Source: an uncultured Planctomycetota bacterium | Lineage (GTDB): Bacteria > Planctomycetota > PLA2 > JAEUHO01 | Direction of reading: 5' to 3' | Assembly (NCBI GenBank): GCA_963752285.1 | Contig: CAVVXN010000002.1 | Span: forward strand, 160,001-224,000 | Length of the DNA: 64,000 nucleotides | In this document: positions 1 through 10,011 of the stretch, one piece after another | Position numbering within the stretch: position 1 is the stretch's first letter | Layout of the letters: every line of letters starts with the position of its first letter | Notes under the pieces: generated by a model | Seen by the model: the letters and a program-made list of their open reading frames with translations, nothing else | Databases searched by the model: none | What the model was told of the DNA's origin: nothing | Translations under genes and position numbers: made by a program

Positions 1-593
1 GACCGGCCGATCGGGAGGTCGATCTCACCGACGTCCTCGGGGGGCGAGCCGTGGACGACCGCGAGGTACGTCTTCTTCACGTGCCGCGCCGCGAACGCCG
101 CCGACAAGCGGCGCTGCACGTACTCGGTCTTCGCGACGACGATGGCGCCCGACGTGTCCTTGTCGAGGCGGTGGACGATGCCGGGGCGGTCCGCCCCGAT
201 CGTCTCGGGCAGCCCGCGCAGCCGGTGGACGAGCGCGTTCGCGAGCGTCCCCGCGGGACGACCGCTCCCGGGGTGCACCGTGAGGCCGCTCGGCTTGTCC
301 ACGACGAGCAGGTGCTCGTCCTCGAAGAGGACCGAGAGGGGCACGTCCTCGGGCTCGACCGTGGCGGGACGCGGCGCCGGGATCGTCACGCCCACGCGTT
401 CCCCGCCCCGGACCCGGTCGCTCCGCCGCCCGGCGCGCCCGTCCACGAGGACCCGCCCCCCGTCGATCCACGCCTGGATCTCCGTGCGGCTGTGCTCGGG
501 CATCCGTGCGGCGAGCGCGCGGTCCAGGCGCTCCCCCGCGGCGTCCGGGGGGAGGCGCAGCTCGAGGCGACGCTCGCCGGCTCTGTCCTTCAT
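1..593 (-). CDS. rluD: RluA/RluD-family 23S rRNA pseudouridine synthase (3' end runs off the window)
   Basis: Not in the ORF track. Hand translation from ATG 593 (AGGAG RBS) gives MKDRAGERR...GERLDRALA (S4 domain)...LLVVDKPSGLTVHPG...GIVHRLDKDTSGAIVVAK, containing the catalytic HRLD motif. Confidence 0.93.
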   Translation of the reverse strand, partial: MKDRAGERRLELRLPPDAAGERLDRALAARMPEHSRTEIQAWIDGGRVLVDGRAGRRSDRVRGGERVGVTIPAPRPATVEPEDVPLSVLFEDEHLLVVDKPSGLTVHPGSGRPAGTLANALVHRLRGLPETIGADRPGIVHRLDKDTSGAIVVAKTEYVQRRLSAAFAARHVKKTYLAVVHGSPPEDVGEIDLPIGR

Positions 594-767
594 GTCTCCT
601 CGGACTCGCCCCGGGGGCTCCGGGACGGCGGGGCCGCCGTCGGTCCCTCGGGCCGTCCTCCCGCCGGGCCTTCGAAGGCACCCGCCGGCGTCTCGGCCGG
701 TCACCGGGCGGCCCGTGGCCCCCGGCGCGGTATTTGTACCCCTCCGGATCCGTGGCGAGGAGACCGC

Positions 768-2284
768 ATGGAAGCGCGACACCCGGCCCAAGACGCCCTC
801 CCCTGGCGGCGCTACGGGATCGTCTCCGCCGTGGTGCTGGTCGTCCTCGGGCTCGCGTTCTGGCTCTTCTATCCGCGCTGGCGCATGGACCGCTGGATCG
901 CCGACCTCCACTCCGACAACACGAAGATCGCCTCGCAGGCGCGGAAGAACCTCCGCGCCGCCGACGGGGCCGACGACGCGCTCCACGCCGCGCTCTTCGA
1001 CCACGACCTGCCGTTCGAGGTCCGGCGGATGGTCGGCGACATCCTGATCGACCGGAACCGGCTTCCGCTCGTGGAGGACGTGCTCCGCTCGAACGACGTC
1101 CTCGCGCGCGAGGCGGCGCTCACCGTGATCTACGGGATCAGCCAGCGCCCGGGCGCGCTCGGCGAGACGTGGTTCCGTCGCGAGTACGTGGACCGGGCCG
1201 AGTACCGCGTGAAGGAGACGCTCGTCGCGTGGCTCGGCCAGGCGCGCGACCCGTCGCGCGGCCAGGCCGCGACCCTCGCCGCCGCCCTCGGGCTCAAGGA
1301 GGCGATCCCACCCCTCCTCGCGATCGTGAAGGACGTCTCGGGGACCGGCAGCACGCGCGAGCAGCGCGCGGTCCTGCCGCGGGCCGCCCAGGCGCTCGTG
1401 CGCCTACACGCGTGCGACGTGCTCTCCGACGTCGCCGAGAGCGCGGATCACGAGACCGACGACCTCGTGCGCCTCCGCCTCGTGCAGGCCGTCCACCAGG
1501 CCGTGCGCGGTCCGCAGCCGAGCTGTCCCGACGCGCTGCCGGAGGCCCGCGTGAAGGAGCTCCTGCTCCGCGCGCTCGCGGACGGCGGACCGCTCACGAG
1601 GAAGGGCGTGGCCCTCGCGCTCCAGAGCGAGCCGAAGTGGGCGAAGGAGGCCGTGCAGACCCTCCTCCACATCCTCGACGACCGCGAGGCGAGCGACACC
1701 GTCCTTCGCCAGGAGACGCTGCGGGCCCTGGCCGCGTCCGGTTCCGAGGAGTTCGCACGGCTCCTGCCCCGCTACTTCCACGACGACAACCCGTACGTGC
1801 GCCGCGCGGCCTCGGAAGGCGCCCTGACGCTCGCCCACCGGCAAGACATCCCGTTCCACTACGTGGACTGCTGGATCGGCCTCCTCCAGCGCGAGACCGA
1901 GAACGACGCGGCCTTCGCGAGCGCCATCGACGGGCTCCGCGACGCGGCGGGACAGCTCCTCGGCGTGCCCAAGGAGGCGGTGGACGCCGCCTCGAGCGAG
2001 GGCCCGGCGTGGACCCGGTTCCGAGACGAGATGTTCGAGAGGGGAGAGAGCGGCGGCCTCTCTCGCGCCGCGTGGGCCGAGATGTGGTGGCGGTGGTGGG
2101 CTCGAAGCAGGGGCTCGACGAGAAGCAGGTGGACGCGGGGTGGGCCGCGCGTACGTCCTTCTGGGAGCACGCCCGCGCGAACGACGCGGCGGGCGCGAAG
2201 GCGGTCCTCGACGCCGCGCCGCGGGCGGAGGAGGCCCTTTACGACTACGAGCTGAGCTGGCTCGACCTGCACGCCACCTCGTAG
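768..2284 (+). CDS. Membrane-anchored HEAT-repeat protein with an apparent frameshift near 2100
   Basis: ATG 768 with GAGGAG RBS, one N-terminal TM helix and helical HEAT-like repeats (e.g. DDNPYVRRAA). Protein-like sequence switches frame at about 2100 (SKQGLDEKQVDAGWAAR...ELSWLDLHATS*). Confidence 0.7.
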
Positions 2285-2446
2285 CCGGATCCGCGCGCCC
2301 GCCCTCTTCGCGCGTCGTCTTACCCCGGACCCGCGTGCCGCGCCGGGCCTGCTCGCCCTGGATGTGACCGGGCGGCGGCGTCGCGCGATCGAGAGTCTCC
2401 GGCACACCTCTGCTTCCTCCTCCTCAGGTCTCGGATTGGAGTGGAC

Positions 2447-2643
2447 ATGTTCGTACGAACACGGCTCGCGGCGGGGCTCGCCTTCGTCCTCGGAGTCGGC
2501 GTGGCCCGAGTCGCGCGCGCCGACAGCGTGACCTCCGGACCTCCCTCTCGCCCGTCCCGATCTCGGATCCGGCCGAGCCCGTCGTTCTCGGCATGACCGG
2601 TGTCGGCGTCGTCGGCGGGCGTCGCGCCGGGGTCGCCCGGGAG
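2447..2643 (+). pseudogene. Degenerate PEP-CTERM gene remnant: signal peptide plus decayed sorting tail, mature domain missing
   Basis: ATG 2447 after GGAG gives MFVRTRLAAGLAFVLGVGVARVARADSVT, matching the ARADSVT of the 3019 gene. A shifted frame from 2545 reads LSPVPISDPAEPVVLGMTGVGVVGGRRAG, similar to VSPVPEPGSAVLVLMGLVGVLWVTERRRA. Confidence 0.5.
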
Positions 2644-2820
2644 CCGGGCGGGCCACGCGTCGGTCTCCTCCGACGTGCGTCCAGCGGACGGGACACCACC
2701 GGGGCCCGTCCGGGCGACGTGGGACGTTCGTCGCCGCGGGTCTCCGGCCGGCCTCCGAGGCCCCTTGGCGGGCCGTCGGCGGCCGCGTGGGGCCGCCGGA
2801 ACCCGAGGGTGCAGTGCGTA

Positions 2821-2836
2821 TGGAACCAAGTTTGCT
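2821..2836 (+). promoter_or_regulatory. Sigma-54 (RpoN) -24/-12 promoter candidate upstream of the PEP-CTERM pair
   Basis: TGGAAC-CAAGT-TTGCT, exact GG-N10-GC spacing, in an AT-enriched intergenic stretch. Confidence 0.6.
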
Positions 2837-3018
2837 TTCGGAGGGGACGGACCGGTCGTACCCACGCCAACTCATGGTCGTATATCGTTCTGCTGCAACG
2901 TATTGGGACGATCTAGGCTCAAGTCCCACTGCGGTCTCGACGACCGGACTTTCCTCGCCCCACCCCTCCGGTGCCGCGAGAATCCCCCTGAAGTCTTAAG
3001 AAAAAGTTTGGAGGCGAC

Positions 3019-3819
3019 GTGCGGCACCGAATCGGCCTGGCCCTGCTGGCTGGGGCGGGCTTCCTGCTCCTCGGGGCGGGGGCGGCCCGGGCGGACAGCG
3101 TCACCATCTCCGACGGCTACGTCGGCGCGGCCCCGACGAGCGGCCTCTACACGGGGGTGGACCGGATCGGGGACGTCACGGAGTACGACGTCTCGAGCCT
3201 CACCGCGAGCTACGACAACGGGTCGTTCGACCTGCGGATCGACTCCTCCTACATGGACAACGTCGGCTCCGACGGCACGCGGCTCGGAGACGTGTTCCTG
3301 AGCTCGAACGGCTGGAGTCCGCACGGCTCGGCGCCCTACATCTACGACGCGAGCACGAACGGCGAGATCTGGGAGTACGCGCTCGTCCTCGACGACCCGA
3401 CGAGCACGACCGGAGGCACCGTCTACCTCTACGAGATCGCGGGCGGCAGCCGCGCGCCCTCGAACGGCGTCGTCGGCCTCTCCGGCGCGCCCTCCGGCTA
3501 CATCTACCGGGCGGGGCAGGAGGTGGACTTCACCCCCTCCGCCAACGTCAGCGCGCTCGCGTCCGGCACGTGGTCGCTCACGAACGGCCCCGGCAACGCG
3601 GACCACATGGACCTCCACATCGACTACGCCGGGCTCCTCGCCGCCGGTTCCACCTCCCTCGGGATCCACTGGACGATGAGCTGCGGGAACGACGTCATCG
3701 AGGGCGCCATCCCCGTCTCGCCCGTCCCCGAGCCGGGTTCCGCCGTCCTCGTCCTGATGGGCCTCGTGGGCGTGCTCTGGGTCACCGAGCGTCGTCGCGC
3801 CGCGCGCCTGCGGGCGTGA
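3019..3819 (+). CDS. PEP-CTERM sorting domain-containing surface protein
   Basis: GGAGG RBS, GTG start, signal peptide (ARA/DS), S/T/G-rich body, C-terminal VPEPGS + TM helix + RRRAAR. Confidence 0.92.
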   Translation: MRHRIGLALLAGAGFLLLGAGAARADSVTISDGYVGAAPTSGLYTGVDRIGDVTEYDVSSLTASYDNGSFDLRIDSSYMDNVGSDGTRLGDVFLSSNGWSPHGSAPYIYDASTNGEIWEYALVLDDPTSTTGGTVYLYEIAGGSRAPSNGVVGLSGAPSGYIYRAGQEVDFTPSANVSALASGTWSLTNGPGNADHMDLHIDYAGLLAAGSTSLGIHWTMSCGNDVIEGAIPVSPVPEPGSAVLVLMGLVGVLWVTERRRAARLRA

Positions 3820-3841
3820 CGTGCCCGCCACGGGCGCCACG

Positions 3842-4635
3842 ATGCGCGTCCTCCTCGGCCTCGTGGGGCTCGCGGGCCTCCTCGCGATCGCCGGCCGGGG
3901 CGCGCGGGCGGACGCGATCACCTTCTTCGGGGAGGACCTGGGCGCGGGCGAGACCACGAGGCTCTCCTCGACGCCGGGGTCGAGCGCCGCCGCGTCGGAC
4001 TTCCTCTCGTACCTCGACGGCGTCGGGACCGAGGACTTCGAGTCGTACGCGCCCGCGTCGTCGCCCTGGTCCTCCTACTCGACCTTCCAGGCGGGATTCC
4101 CGGTGGGCAGCGACACCGTCACCGCGACGAGCACCTCGAGCTCGCTCCGGCGCATCGAGAACGTCTCGAGCGGTACCGACGGAGAGGGCCGCTACCCGAC
4201 CAGCGGCTCGCAGCTATCGAGGTGGGCGCGCGCGCGTCCAGCTACTGGGTCGAGCTCGACTTCTCGAGCCCGGTGGCGGCGATCGGCTTCTACGGGATCG
4301 ACGTCGGCGACTTCGGAGGCCGGCTGCAGGTGCGGACGAAGGCGAGCGACGGAACCTGGACCACGTACCTCGTCTCGCACTCCCTCTACGGCTCCGGAGG
4401 GGACGTCCTCTACTTCGGGCTCGTGGACCCCGACGAGTTCGTGAGCGTGAAGATCGGGATGTGGTCGGTCCCGCCCTCGTCCGCGGACTGGTTCGGGATC
4501 GACGACCTCACGGTGGGAACGCTCGACCAGGTGAGCCCGCCGGTCCCCGAGCCGGCGAGCCTCGCGCTCTTCGGCCTGGGCGCCGCGGGTCTCGTCGTGC
4601 TCTCCCGCCGGCGCCGGCGGGCCGCCCTCGCCTGA
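3842..4635 (+). CDS. PEP-CTERM sorting domain-containing protein with a frameshift near 4214
   Basis: Signal peptide (ARA/DA). The N-terminal half (…GRYPTSGSQ) and C-terminal half (IEVGARASSYW…GFYGIDVGDFGG…VPEPASLALFGLG…RRRRR) lie in different frames and join at about 4213-4216. Confidence 0.85.
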
Positions 4636-4650
4636 GCAAGCCCGGTCCGG

Positions 4651-6159
4651 CTACCGCGCGCCCTCGGGGAGGGGCCAGCGGATCTGGACCTTCGCCTTGT
4701 CCTCCATCTCCCGCTCGAGCCAGTCGTGCGCGTGGCTCTGGGACATGCCCTCGAGGATGATCTCCTGGACCTCCTCGAACGGCGGTGCGGGGATGAACTT
4801 CTCCCGGCGCAGCACGTGGACCTCGGAGAGCGTCTCGAACGGCCGGGAGACGTCGCCGTCCTGGAGCTCCTTCGCCTGCTTGAAGAGCAGGCTGCCCGTC
4901 GAGACGTCGCGGACCCGGAGCCGCTGCGCCTTGAAGGTCGGGTCGCGCTTGGTGTTGACGTCCCGCTCGACCTGCTCGAAGGGGACGCCGCTGTGGAACA
5001 CGCGGAGCAGGTCCTGCGCGGCGTCGAGGGCGTCCTTCCGGGTCCGGCCCCCGCGGGGCTGCCCGAGGAGCGGGTTCTGGGGCGCGAAGTCGATCTCGAC
5101 GTCCGTGACCAGGTACGCGTCGCCGTAGAGCGTGTCCTTGTTCTTCTCCCACTCCGTCCTCACCTCCGCGGGCGTGATCTTCGCCCGCTCCTGCGCGATC
5201 AGGCCGAAGAGGCCGCGGAAGTAGCGGTCCTGGCGCATCTGGTCGAGGTCGAGTCGGTACTGCATCTTGACCCAGTCCTCGTAGGAGACGCTCTTGTAGG
5301 CCTCCTGGGTCGTCATCTCGCGCCACTGGTCCCAGTGCGCGCGCTCCGCGTCGATCACCGCGTTCATCTGCGCCGGCGAGAGCGCCATCGTCGCGGTGAG
5401 GACCGCCTTGCACTCCTCGACGATCACCGAGCGCACGTCCGCGGCCGGGAGCCGCGCCAGGAGCTCGCGGCCGTACTCCTCGACGGAGATCGGGTCGCCG
5501 GGGACGTGGACGCCGTCCTCCCCGGGCTTCTCGTTCGGGTAGACGTGGACGGTGGCGATCACGCCCGCCGCGAGCTTCGCCGGCTTCTCCTGGAAGGCGG
5601 TCGGCCACCCGTAGACCACCTCCACCCGCGGCATCACCTTCTGCGACATCACGAGCTCGGTCTGCTGGATGCGGGCGTTGGGGTCCTTCGGCAGTGTCTT
5701 CCCGAGGTTCGAGGGGTGGCTGGCGATCGCCTCCTTCGCGAGCTGGTGGCGGAGGTTTCGGACGAACTCGCCGTAGGTCGTCTTCTGGTTCTTGATCTCG
5801 TCCCGGAGCGTCTTGTTGCCGCCCGAGAGCGTGCGAACCTGGTGGTCGAGATCGTTGAACGCGGCGTTGACCTGCTCGTCCGTCACCACGATGCCGAGGC
5901 GCTTCGACTCCTGATCGATCACCCGCTCCTCGATGAGCTGGCGGAGGATCGTGGTGGGCCCGCTCGCCTTGTCGAGGAGCCGGAGCCGCATGCGCCACGG
6001 CACGATCCCCGCGAGGCGCGAGAGGTAGAGCGTCTTGTCGGCGACCTTCGCGACCCACGGGTCGCCGGGCCCGCCCTCGGCGCGCGCGCCGGGGAGGAGG
6101 CCGCCTCCGAGGAGGCCGAGCGCGAGGAGCGAGAGCAGGGATGTTCGGGTTCGGGTCAT
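4651..6159 (-). CDS. SurA/PrsA-like periplasmic chaperone with a C-terminal parvulin (PpiC) domain
   Basis: Signal peptide; SurA-N-like LRQLIEERVIDQESKRLGIVVTDEQV; PpiC-like ELQDGDVSRPFETLSEVHVLR. Confidence 0.78.
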   Translation of the reverse strand: MTRTRTSLLSLLALGLLGGGLLPGARAEGGPGDPWVAKVADKTLYLSRLAGIVPWRMRLRLLDKASGPTTILRQLIEERVIDQESKRLGIVVTDEQVNAAFNDLDHQVRTLSGGNKTLRDEIKNQKTTYGEFVRNLRHQLAKEAIASHPSNLGKTLPKDPNARIQQTELVMSQKVMPRVEVVYGWPTAFQEKPAKLAAGVIATVHVYPNEKPGEDGVHVPGDPISVEEYGRELLARLPAADVRSVIVEECKAVLTATMALSPAQMNAVIDAERAHWDQWREMTTQEAYKSVSYEDWVKMQYRLDLDQMRQDRYFRGLFGLIAQERAKITPAEVRTEWEKNKDTLYGDAYLVTDVEIDFAPQNPLLGQPRGGRTRKDALDAAQDLLRVFHSGVPFEQVERDVNTKRDPTFKAQRLRVRDVSTGSLLFKQAKELQDGDVSRPFETLSEVHVLRREKFIPAPPFEEVQEIILEGMSQSHAHDWLEREMEDKAKVQIRWPLPEGAR

Positions 6160-6210
6160 CGTGGGGTCACGGCTCCAACCGGCCGGCGAGGCTATGGACG
6201 CCCCCACGGG

Positions 6211-6249
6211 GGGTCAACCTGCCGGAGGACACCTCCGAGGGGTTGACCC
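6211..6249. repeat. Nested inverted repeat between divergent genes
   Basis: GGGTCAACC..CGGAGG-ACA-CCTCCG..GGTTGACCC. Confidence 0.6.
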
Positions 6250-6302
6250 GGGCCCGGTGGGGGGGCAAGTTCGGACGGCGAAGGTCTTCGAGGAGACATC
6301 CC

Positions 6303-7115
6303 ATGCGGCGGTCACCCTCGGGTCAGGGGCGCTCCCGGCTCCCGCTCCTCCTCTTCGGGCTCGCGGCGCTGCCCCTCCTCGCCGCCTGCGCGTCCCAGGG
6401 GCCCGGCGCGTCGGCGCCGAGACCCGCCTCGAGCGCGGCGCTCGTGCCCCTCTCCAACCCCGACCTCGCCGTTCCGCCCGGCATGATCATGCCCCCCGGC
6501 GGCGAGCGCGAGCTCCAGCGCATGCACTTCGAGGAGCAGGAGCGCCAGCGCGCCGCCGAGGTCTCGGCCCGTTCCGAGCCGGCCGCCGCGCCCGCTACGC
6601 CGACCGGGCCGCAGGTCCGCGTCACGTGGGAGGCGCTCGCCGTCGAGAAGGAGCGCTTCGAGAACCCGCGCGACCCCCGCTCCGACCCGCGCTACCGCGT
6701 GGGCCTCGCGATGCAGCAGAAGGTCGTCATGGTCAACGCGTCGAACGTCGAGGCGCGGGCCAACCAGCTCGGCGTGACGGCCAAGCGCGACCGCGGCGTG
6801 TCGGTCGCGACGATCCCCGACGCCGACATGCAGACCTTCCTCCAGCAGCTCGACCAGCGGGGCTTCTTCCGCGTGGCCTCGCCGACCGACGAGGTCGAGA
6901 GCCTCTTCTCGAGCCCCAACGCGCGGGGTCGCGTCACCGTCGAGAGGGACGGTCGCTCGTGGACGCTCCTGTCGATGCGCGGCCAGGGCCTCAACGCCTC
7001 GACGAAGGAGATCCCCGCGGTCTACTCCGACTCGAAGCGTGCCGTGATCCTGATGCGGAACAGCACGTCCGCGATGAGCGTCGTGGGCCTCCAGGGCGCG
7101 GTGCTCTCGAGGTGA
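6303..7115 (+). CDS. Hypothetical lipoprotein
   Basis: GAGGAG RBS; signal peptide with lipobox LAAC; typical high-GC codon pattern. Confidence 0.75.
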   Translation: MRRSPSGQGRSRLPLLLFGLAALPLLAACASQGPGASAPRPASSAALVPLSNPDLAVPPGMIMPPGGERELQRMHFEEQERQRAAEVSARSEPAAAPATPTGPQVRVTWEALAVEKERFENPRDPRSDPRYRVGLAMQQKVVMVNASNVEARANQLGVTAKRDRGVSVATIPDADMQTFLQQLDQRGFFRVASPTDEVESLFSSPNARGRVTVERDGRSWTLLSMRGQGLNASTKEIPAVYSDSKRAVILMRNSTSAMSVVGLQGAVLSR

Positions 7116-7179
7116 CGCCCATCGCAACCGTGGGTCGTGGACCGCGCGCCGCGCAATCGGTCCTCGGGTCGTACGTCGC

Positions 7180-7902
7180 TTGTCCTCCTACGCGATCCTG
7201 ATCCCCGCGCGCTACGGGAGCACCCGGCTCCCCGGAAAGGTCCTCCTCGACGAGTCGGGGAAGTACCTCGTGCAGCACGTCCACGAGCGGGCGCTCCTCG
7301 CGCCGGGCCAGCCGCGCGTCCTCGTGCTGACCGACGACGAGCGCGTGGAGGCCGCCGTCCGCTCGTACGGCGGCGAGGTCCGCCGGACCCGGGCCGACCA
7401 CGTCTCCGGGACCGACCGCTGCGCCGAGGCGGCGCGCGACCTCGACGTGGACGTCGTCGTGAACCTCCAGGCCGACGAGCCGCTCGTCGAGCCCCTCGAC
7501 CTCGCGCGCCTGGCGGACGAGGCGGGCCGCCCCGGCGTGGACGTGACGACGCTCGGCCACCCCTTCGTGGACCCGCGGGACGAGGCGAACGAGAACGCCG
7601 TGAAGGCGCTCGTCCGGCCCGACGGGACGGCGGTGGACTTCCTCCGCGAGGCCCCCTCCGCCCGGGAGCGCCAGGGCCTCCGGGTGCTCCACCACGTGGG
7701 GATCTACGCGTACCCCCGCGAGCGTCTCCTCGCGCTCTCGGCCCTCCCCCCGACGGAGCGGGAGCAGGAACGGCGCCTGGAGCAGCTCCGGGCGCTCGAC
7801 CACGGCTGGCGCATCGTGGTCCTCCCGGCGCACCGGAAGGGCCGCGGGATCGACACGCGCGAGGACTACGACGCCTTCCTCCGGCTCGTCCGGAAGGCCT
7901 GA
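7180..7902 (+). CDS. kdsB: 3-deoxy-manno-octulosonate cytidylyltransferase
   Basis: IPARYGSTRLPGK, SGTDR, HVGIYAY, EQERRLEQLRAL, GIDT motifs. Confidence 0.96.
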   Translation: MSSYAILIPARYGSTRLPGKVLLDESGKYLVQHVHERALLAPGQPRVLVLTDDERVEAAVRSYGGEVRRTRADHVSGTDRCAEAARDLDVDVVVNLQADEPLVEPLDLARLADEAGRPGVDVTTLGHPFVDPRDEANENAVKALVRPDGTAVDFLREAPSARERQGLRVLHHVGIYAYPRERLLALSALPPTEREQERRLEQLRALDHGWRIVVLPAHRKGRGIDTREDYDAFLRLVRKA

Positions 7903-8028
7903 CCGCCCCTCGCCGGCCCCGGGCGTCCGCGCGCGCGGCCCCGATTTCCGGGCCCCGGCCGCCGTCCCCGCCCTCGGGTAGATGAGGACTCCCGAGCGAG
8001 TAGACTCCGACCTTTCCAGGGGACAGAC

Positions 8029-9657
8029 GTGACGAAGTTCATCTTCGTGACCGGCGGCGTGGTCTCGAGCCTGGGCAAGGGCCTCACGTCGGCCGCGATC
8101 GGCCTCCTCCTGGAGGGCCACGGCTTCAAGGTCCAGCACCAGAAGCTCGACCCCTACCTGAACGTGGACCCGGGGACCATGTCGCCGTACCAGCACGGCG
8201 AGGTGTACGTCACCGAGGACGGCGCCGAGACGGACCTCGACCTCGGCCACTACGAGCGCTTCACCGAGGGCGCGGTCCTCACGAAGGACAGCAACTACAC
8301 GACGGGCAAGATCTACTCGTCGGTGATCGAGAAGGAGCGGCGGGGCGACTACCTCGGGCGGACCGTGCAGGTCATCCCGCACGTGACCGACGAGATCAAG
8401 GCCGCCGTGCGCCGCGGCGCGGGCGACGCGGACGTGCTGATCTGCGAGCTCGGCGGGACGGTCGGCGACATCGAGGGCCTGCCGTTCCTCGAGGCCATCC
8501 GTCAGTTCGTCCTCGACGTCGGGCCGGGCAACGCGATCGTCTGCCACCTGACCTTCATCCCGTACCTGCGCACGAGCGGCGAGCTCAAGACGAAGCCCAG
8601 CCAGCACTCGGTGCAGCGGCTCCGCGAGATCGGGATCATGCCCGACATCCTGATCTGCCGGACCGAGCGGCCGATCCCGCCCGACGCGAAGGCCAAGATC
8701 TCGCTCTTCTGCAACGTCCCGAGCGAGGCCGTGATCGAGGAGCAGGACGTCCCCACGAGCATCTACGAGCTCCCGCAGATGCTCGCGGAGCAGCGCCTCG
8801 ACCGCATCCTCGTGGACCGCCTCCACCTGCCCGACACGAACCTGGAGCTCGGGCGCTACCACCAGCTCCTCGAGCGGATCCACAACCCGCGCCGTCAGGT
8901 CGAGGTCGCCCTCGTCGGGAAGTACGTCGAGCTGACCGACGCGTACAAGTCGGTGTACGAGGCCATCGCGCACGGCGGCTTCGCCGCCGAGACGAAGGTA
9001 CGCGTGCGGCGCGTCCAGTCCGAGGAGGTGACCCCCGCACGGGTGGGGGAGCTTTTGGGTGGGGTCCACGGCGTCGTGGTGCCCGGCGGGTTCGGCGATC
9101 GCGGCATCCAGGGCATGATCGAGACCACCCGCTGGGCGCGCGAGAACGGGACGCCCTTCCTGGGGCTCTGCCTCGGCATGCAGTGCGCGACGATCGAGTT
9201 CGCGCGGAACGTGCTGGGCCTCGCGGGCGCCCACTCGACGGAGTTCGACCCCGACACGCCCTACCCCGTGATCGACCTGATGCCCGAGCAGCAGGGCCTC
9301 CAGAAGGGCGGCACGATGCGCCTCGGCGCGTACCGCTGCGCGCTCCGCGCGGGCTCGATGGCGCGTGCGATCTACGGCGACGAGACCGTGCTCGAGCGCC
9401 ACCGGCACCGGTACGAGTTCAACAACGTGTACCGCGAGCGCTTCGAGAAGGCGGGGCTGTTCGTCGGCGGCGTGAACCCCGAACGGGACCTGGTCGAGAT
9501 CGTGGAGATCCACGACCACCCGTTCTTCCTCGCCGTGCAGTACCACCCCGAGTTCAAGAGCAAGCCGACGCGCCCGCACCCGCTCTTCCGCGCGTGGGTC
9601 GCCGCGGCGCTCGAGCACATGGACTCGGTGGTGCCGCAGCCCGAGGAGCGGGTCTGA
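8029..9657 (+). CDS. pyrG: CTP synthase
   Basis: [58 protein letters not shown]. Confidence 0.99.
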   Translation: MTKFIFVTGGVVSSLGKGLTSAAIGLLLEGHGFKVQHQKLDPYLNVDPGTMSPYQHGEVYVTEDGAETDLDLGHYERFTEGAVLTKDSNYTTGKIYSSVIEKERRGDYLGRTVQVIPHVTDEIKAAVRRGAGDADVLICELGGTVGDIEGLPFLEAIRQFVLDVGPGNAIVCHLTFIPYLRTSGELKTKPSQHSVQRLREIGIMPDILICRTERPIPPDAKAKISLFCNVPSEAVIEEQDVPTSIYELPQMLAEQRLDRILVDRLHLPDTNLELGRYHQLLERIHNPRRQVEVALVGKYVELTDAYKSVYEAIAHGGFAAETKVRVRRVQSEEVTPARVGELLGGVHGVVVPGGFGDRGIQGMIETTRWARENGTPFLGLCLGMQCATIEFARNVLGLAGAHSTEFDPDTPYPVIDLMPEQQGLQKGGTMRLGAYRCALRAGSMARAIYGDETVLERHRHRYEFNNVYRERFEKAGLFVGGVNPERDLVEIVEIHDHPFFLAVQYHPEFKSKPTRPHPLFRAWVAAALEHMDSVVPQPEERV

Positions 9658-9998
9658 TGCCCGACGAGAAGGTGCCGCCCTCCGAGCCCGCCGCCCCGGC
9701 GTCCGGTCCCCCGGGACCCGACCCGGCCGAGCCCACCGCCTTCATGATGCTCTGCGGCGGTCTGGCCGCGCAGGTGCAGATGGCCCTCGGCCTGATCGAG
9801 GACCCCGTCGAGAAGAAGCCCAAGGTCGAGCTCGACGCCGCGCAGCAGGGCATCGACCTCCTGGTCACGCTCCAGCAGAAGACGCGTGGGAACCTCGAGC
9901 CGCGGGAGGAGAAGCTCCTCGGCGGCCTCCTCACGCAGCTCCGTCTGATCTACGTGGAGGTCGCCAAGGCCCGCGCCGCGCTCGCGGAGGGGTCCTGA
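9657..9998 (+). CDS. DUF1844-like protein
   Basis: ATG overlaps the pyrG stop; QMALG..DP...LDAAQQGIDLLVTLQQKTRGNL...E..LL..LRL.YV matches my recollection of DUF1844. Confidence 0.8.
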   Translation: MPDEKVPPSEPAAPASGPPGPDPAEPTAFMMLCGGLAAQVQMALGLIEDPVEKKPKVELDAAQQGIDLLVTLQQKTRGNLEPREEKLLGGLLTQLRLIYVEVAKARAALAEGS

Positions 9999-10011
9999 CC
10001 CGGACGGCTCC

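Noticed and set aside
2400..2414. Sigma-54 site CGGCAC...TGCT before the PEP-CTERM remnant
   Set aside because: Spacing is GG-N9-GC, one base short; at best a decayed site.
2893..2908. Single NrdR-like core CAACGTATTG upstream of the PEP-CTERM gene
   Set aside because: Weak flanks and no convincing partner box at 31-32 bp.
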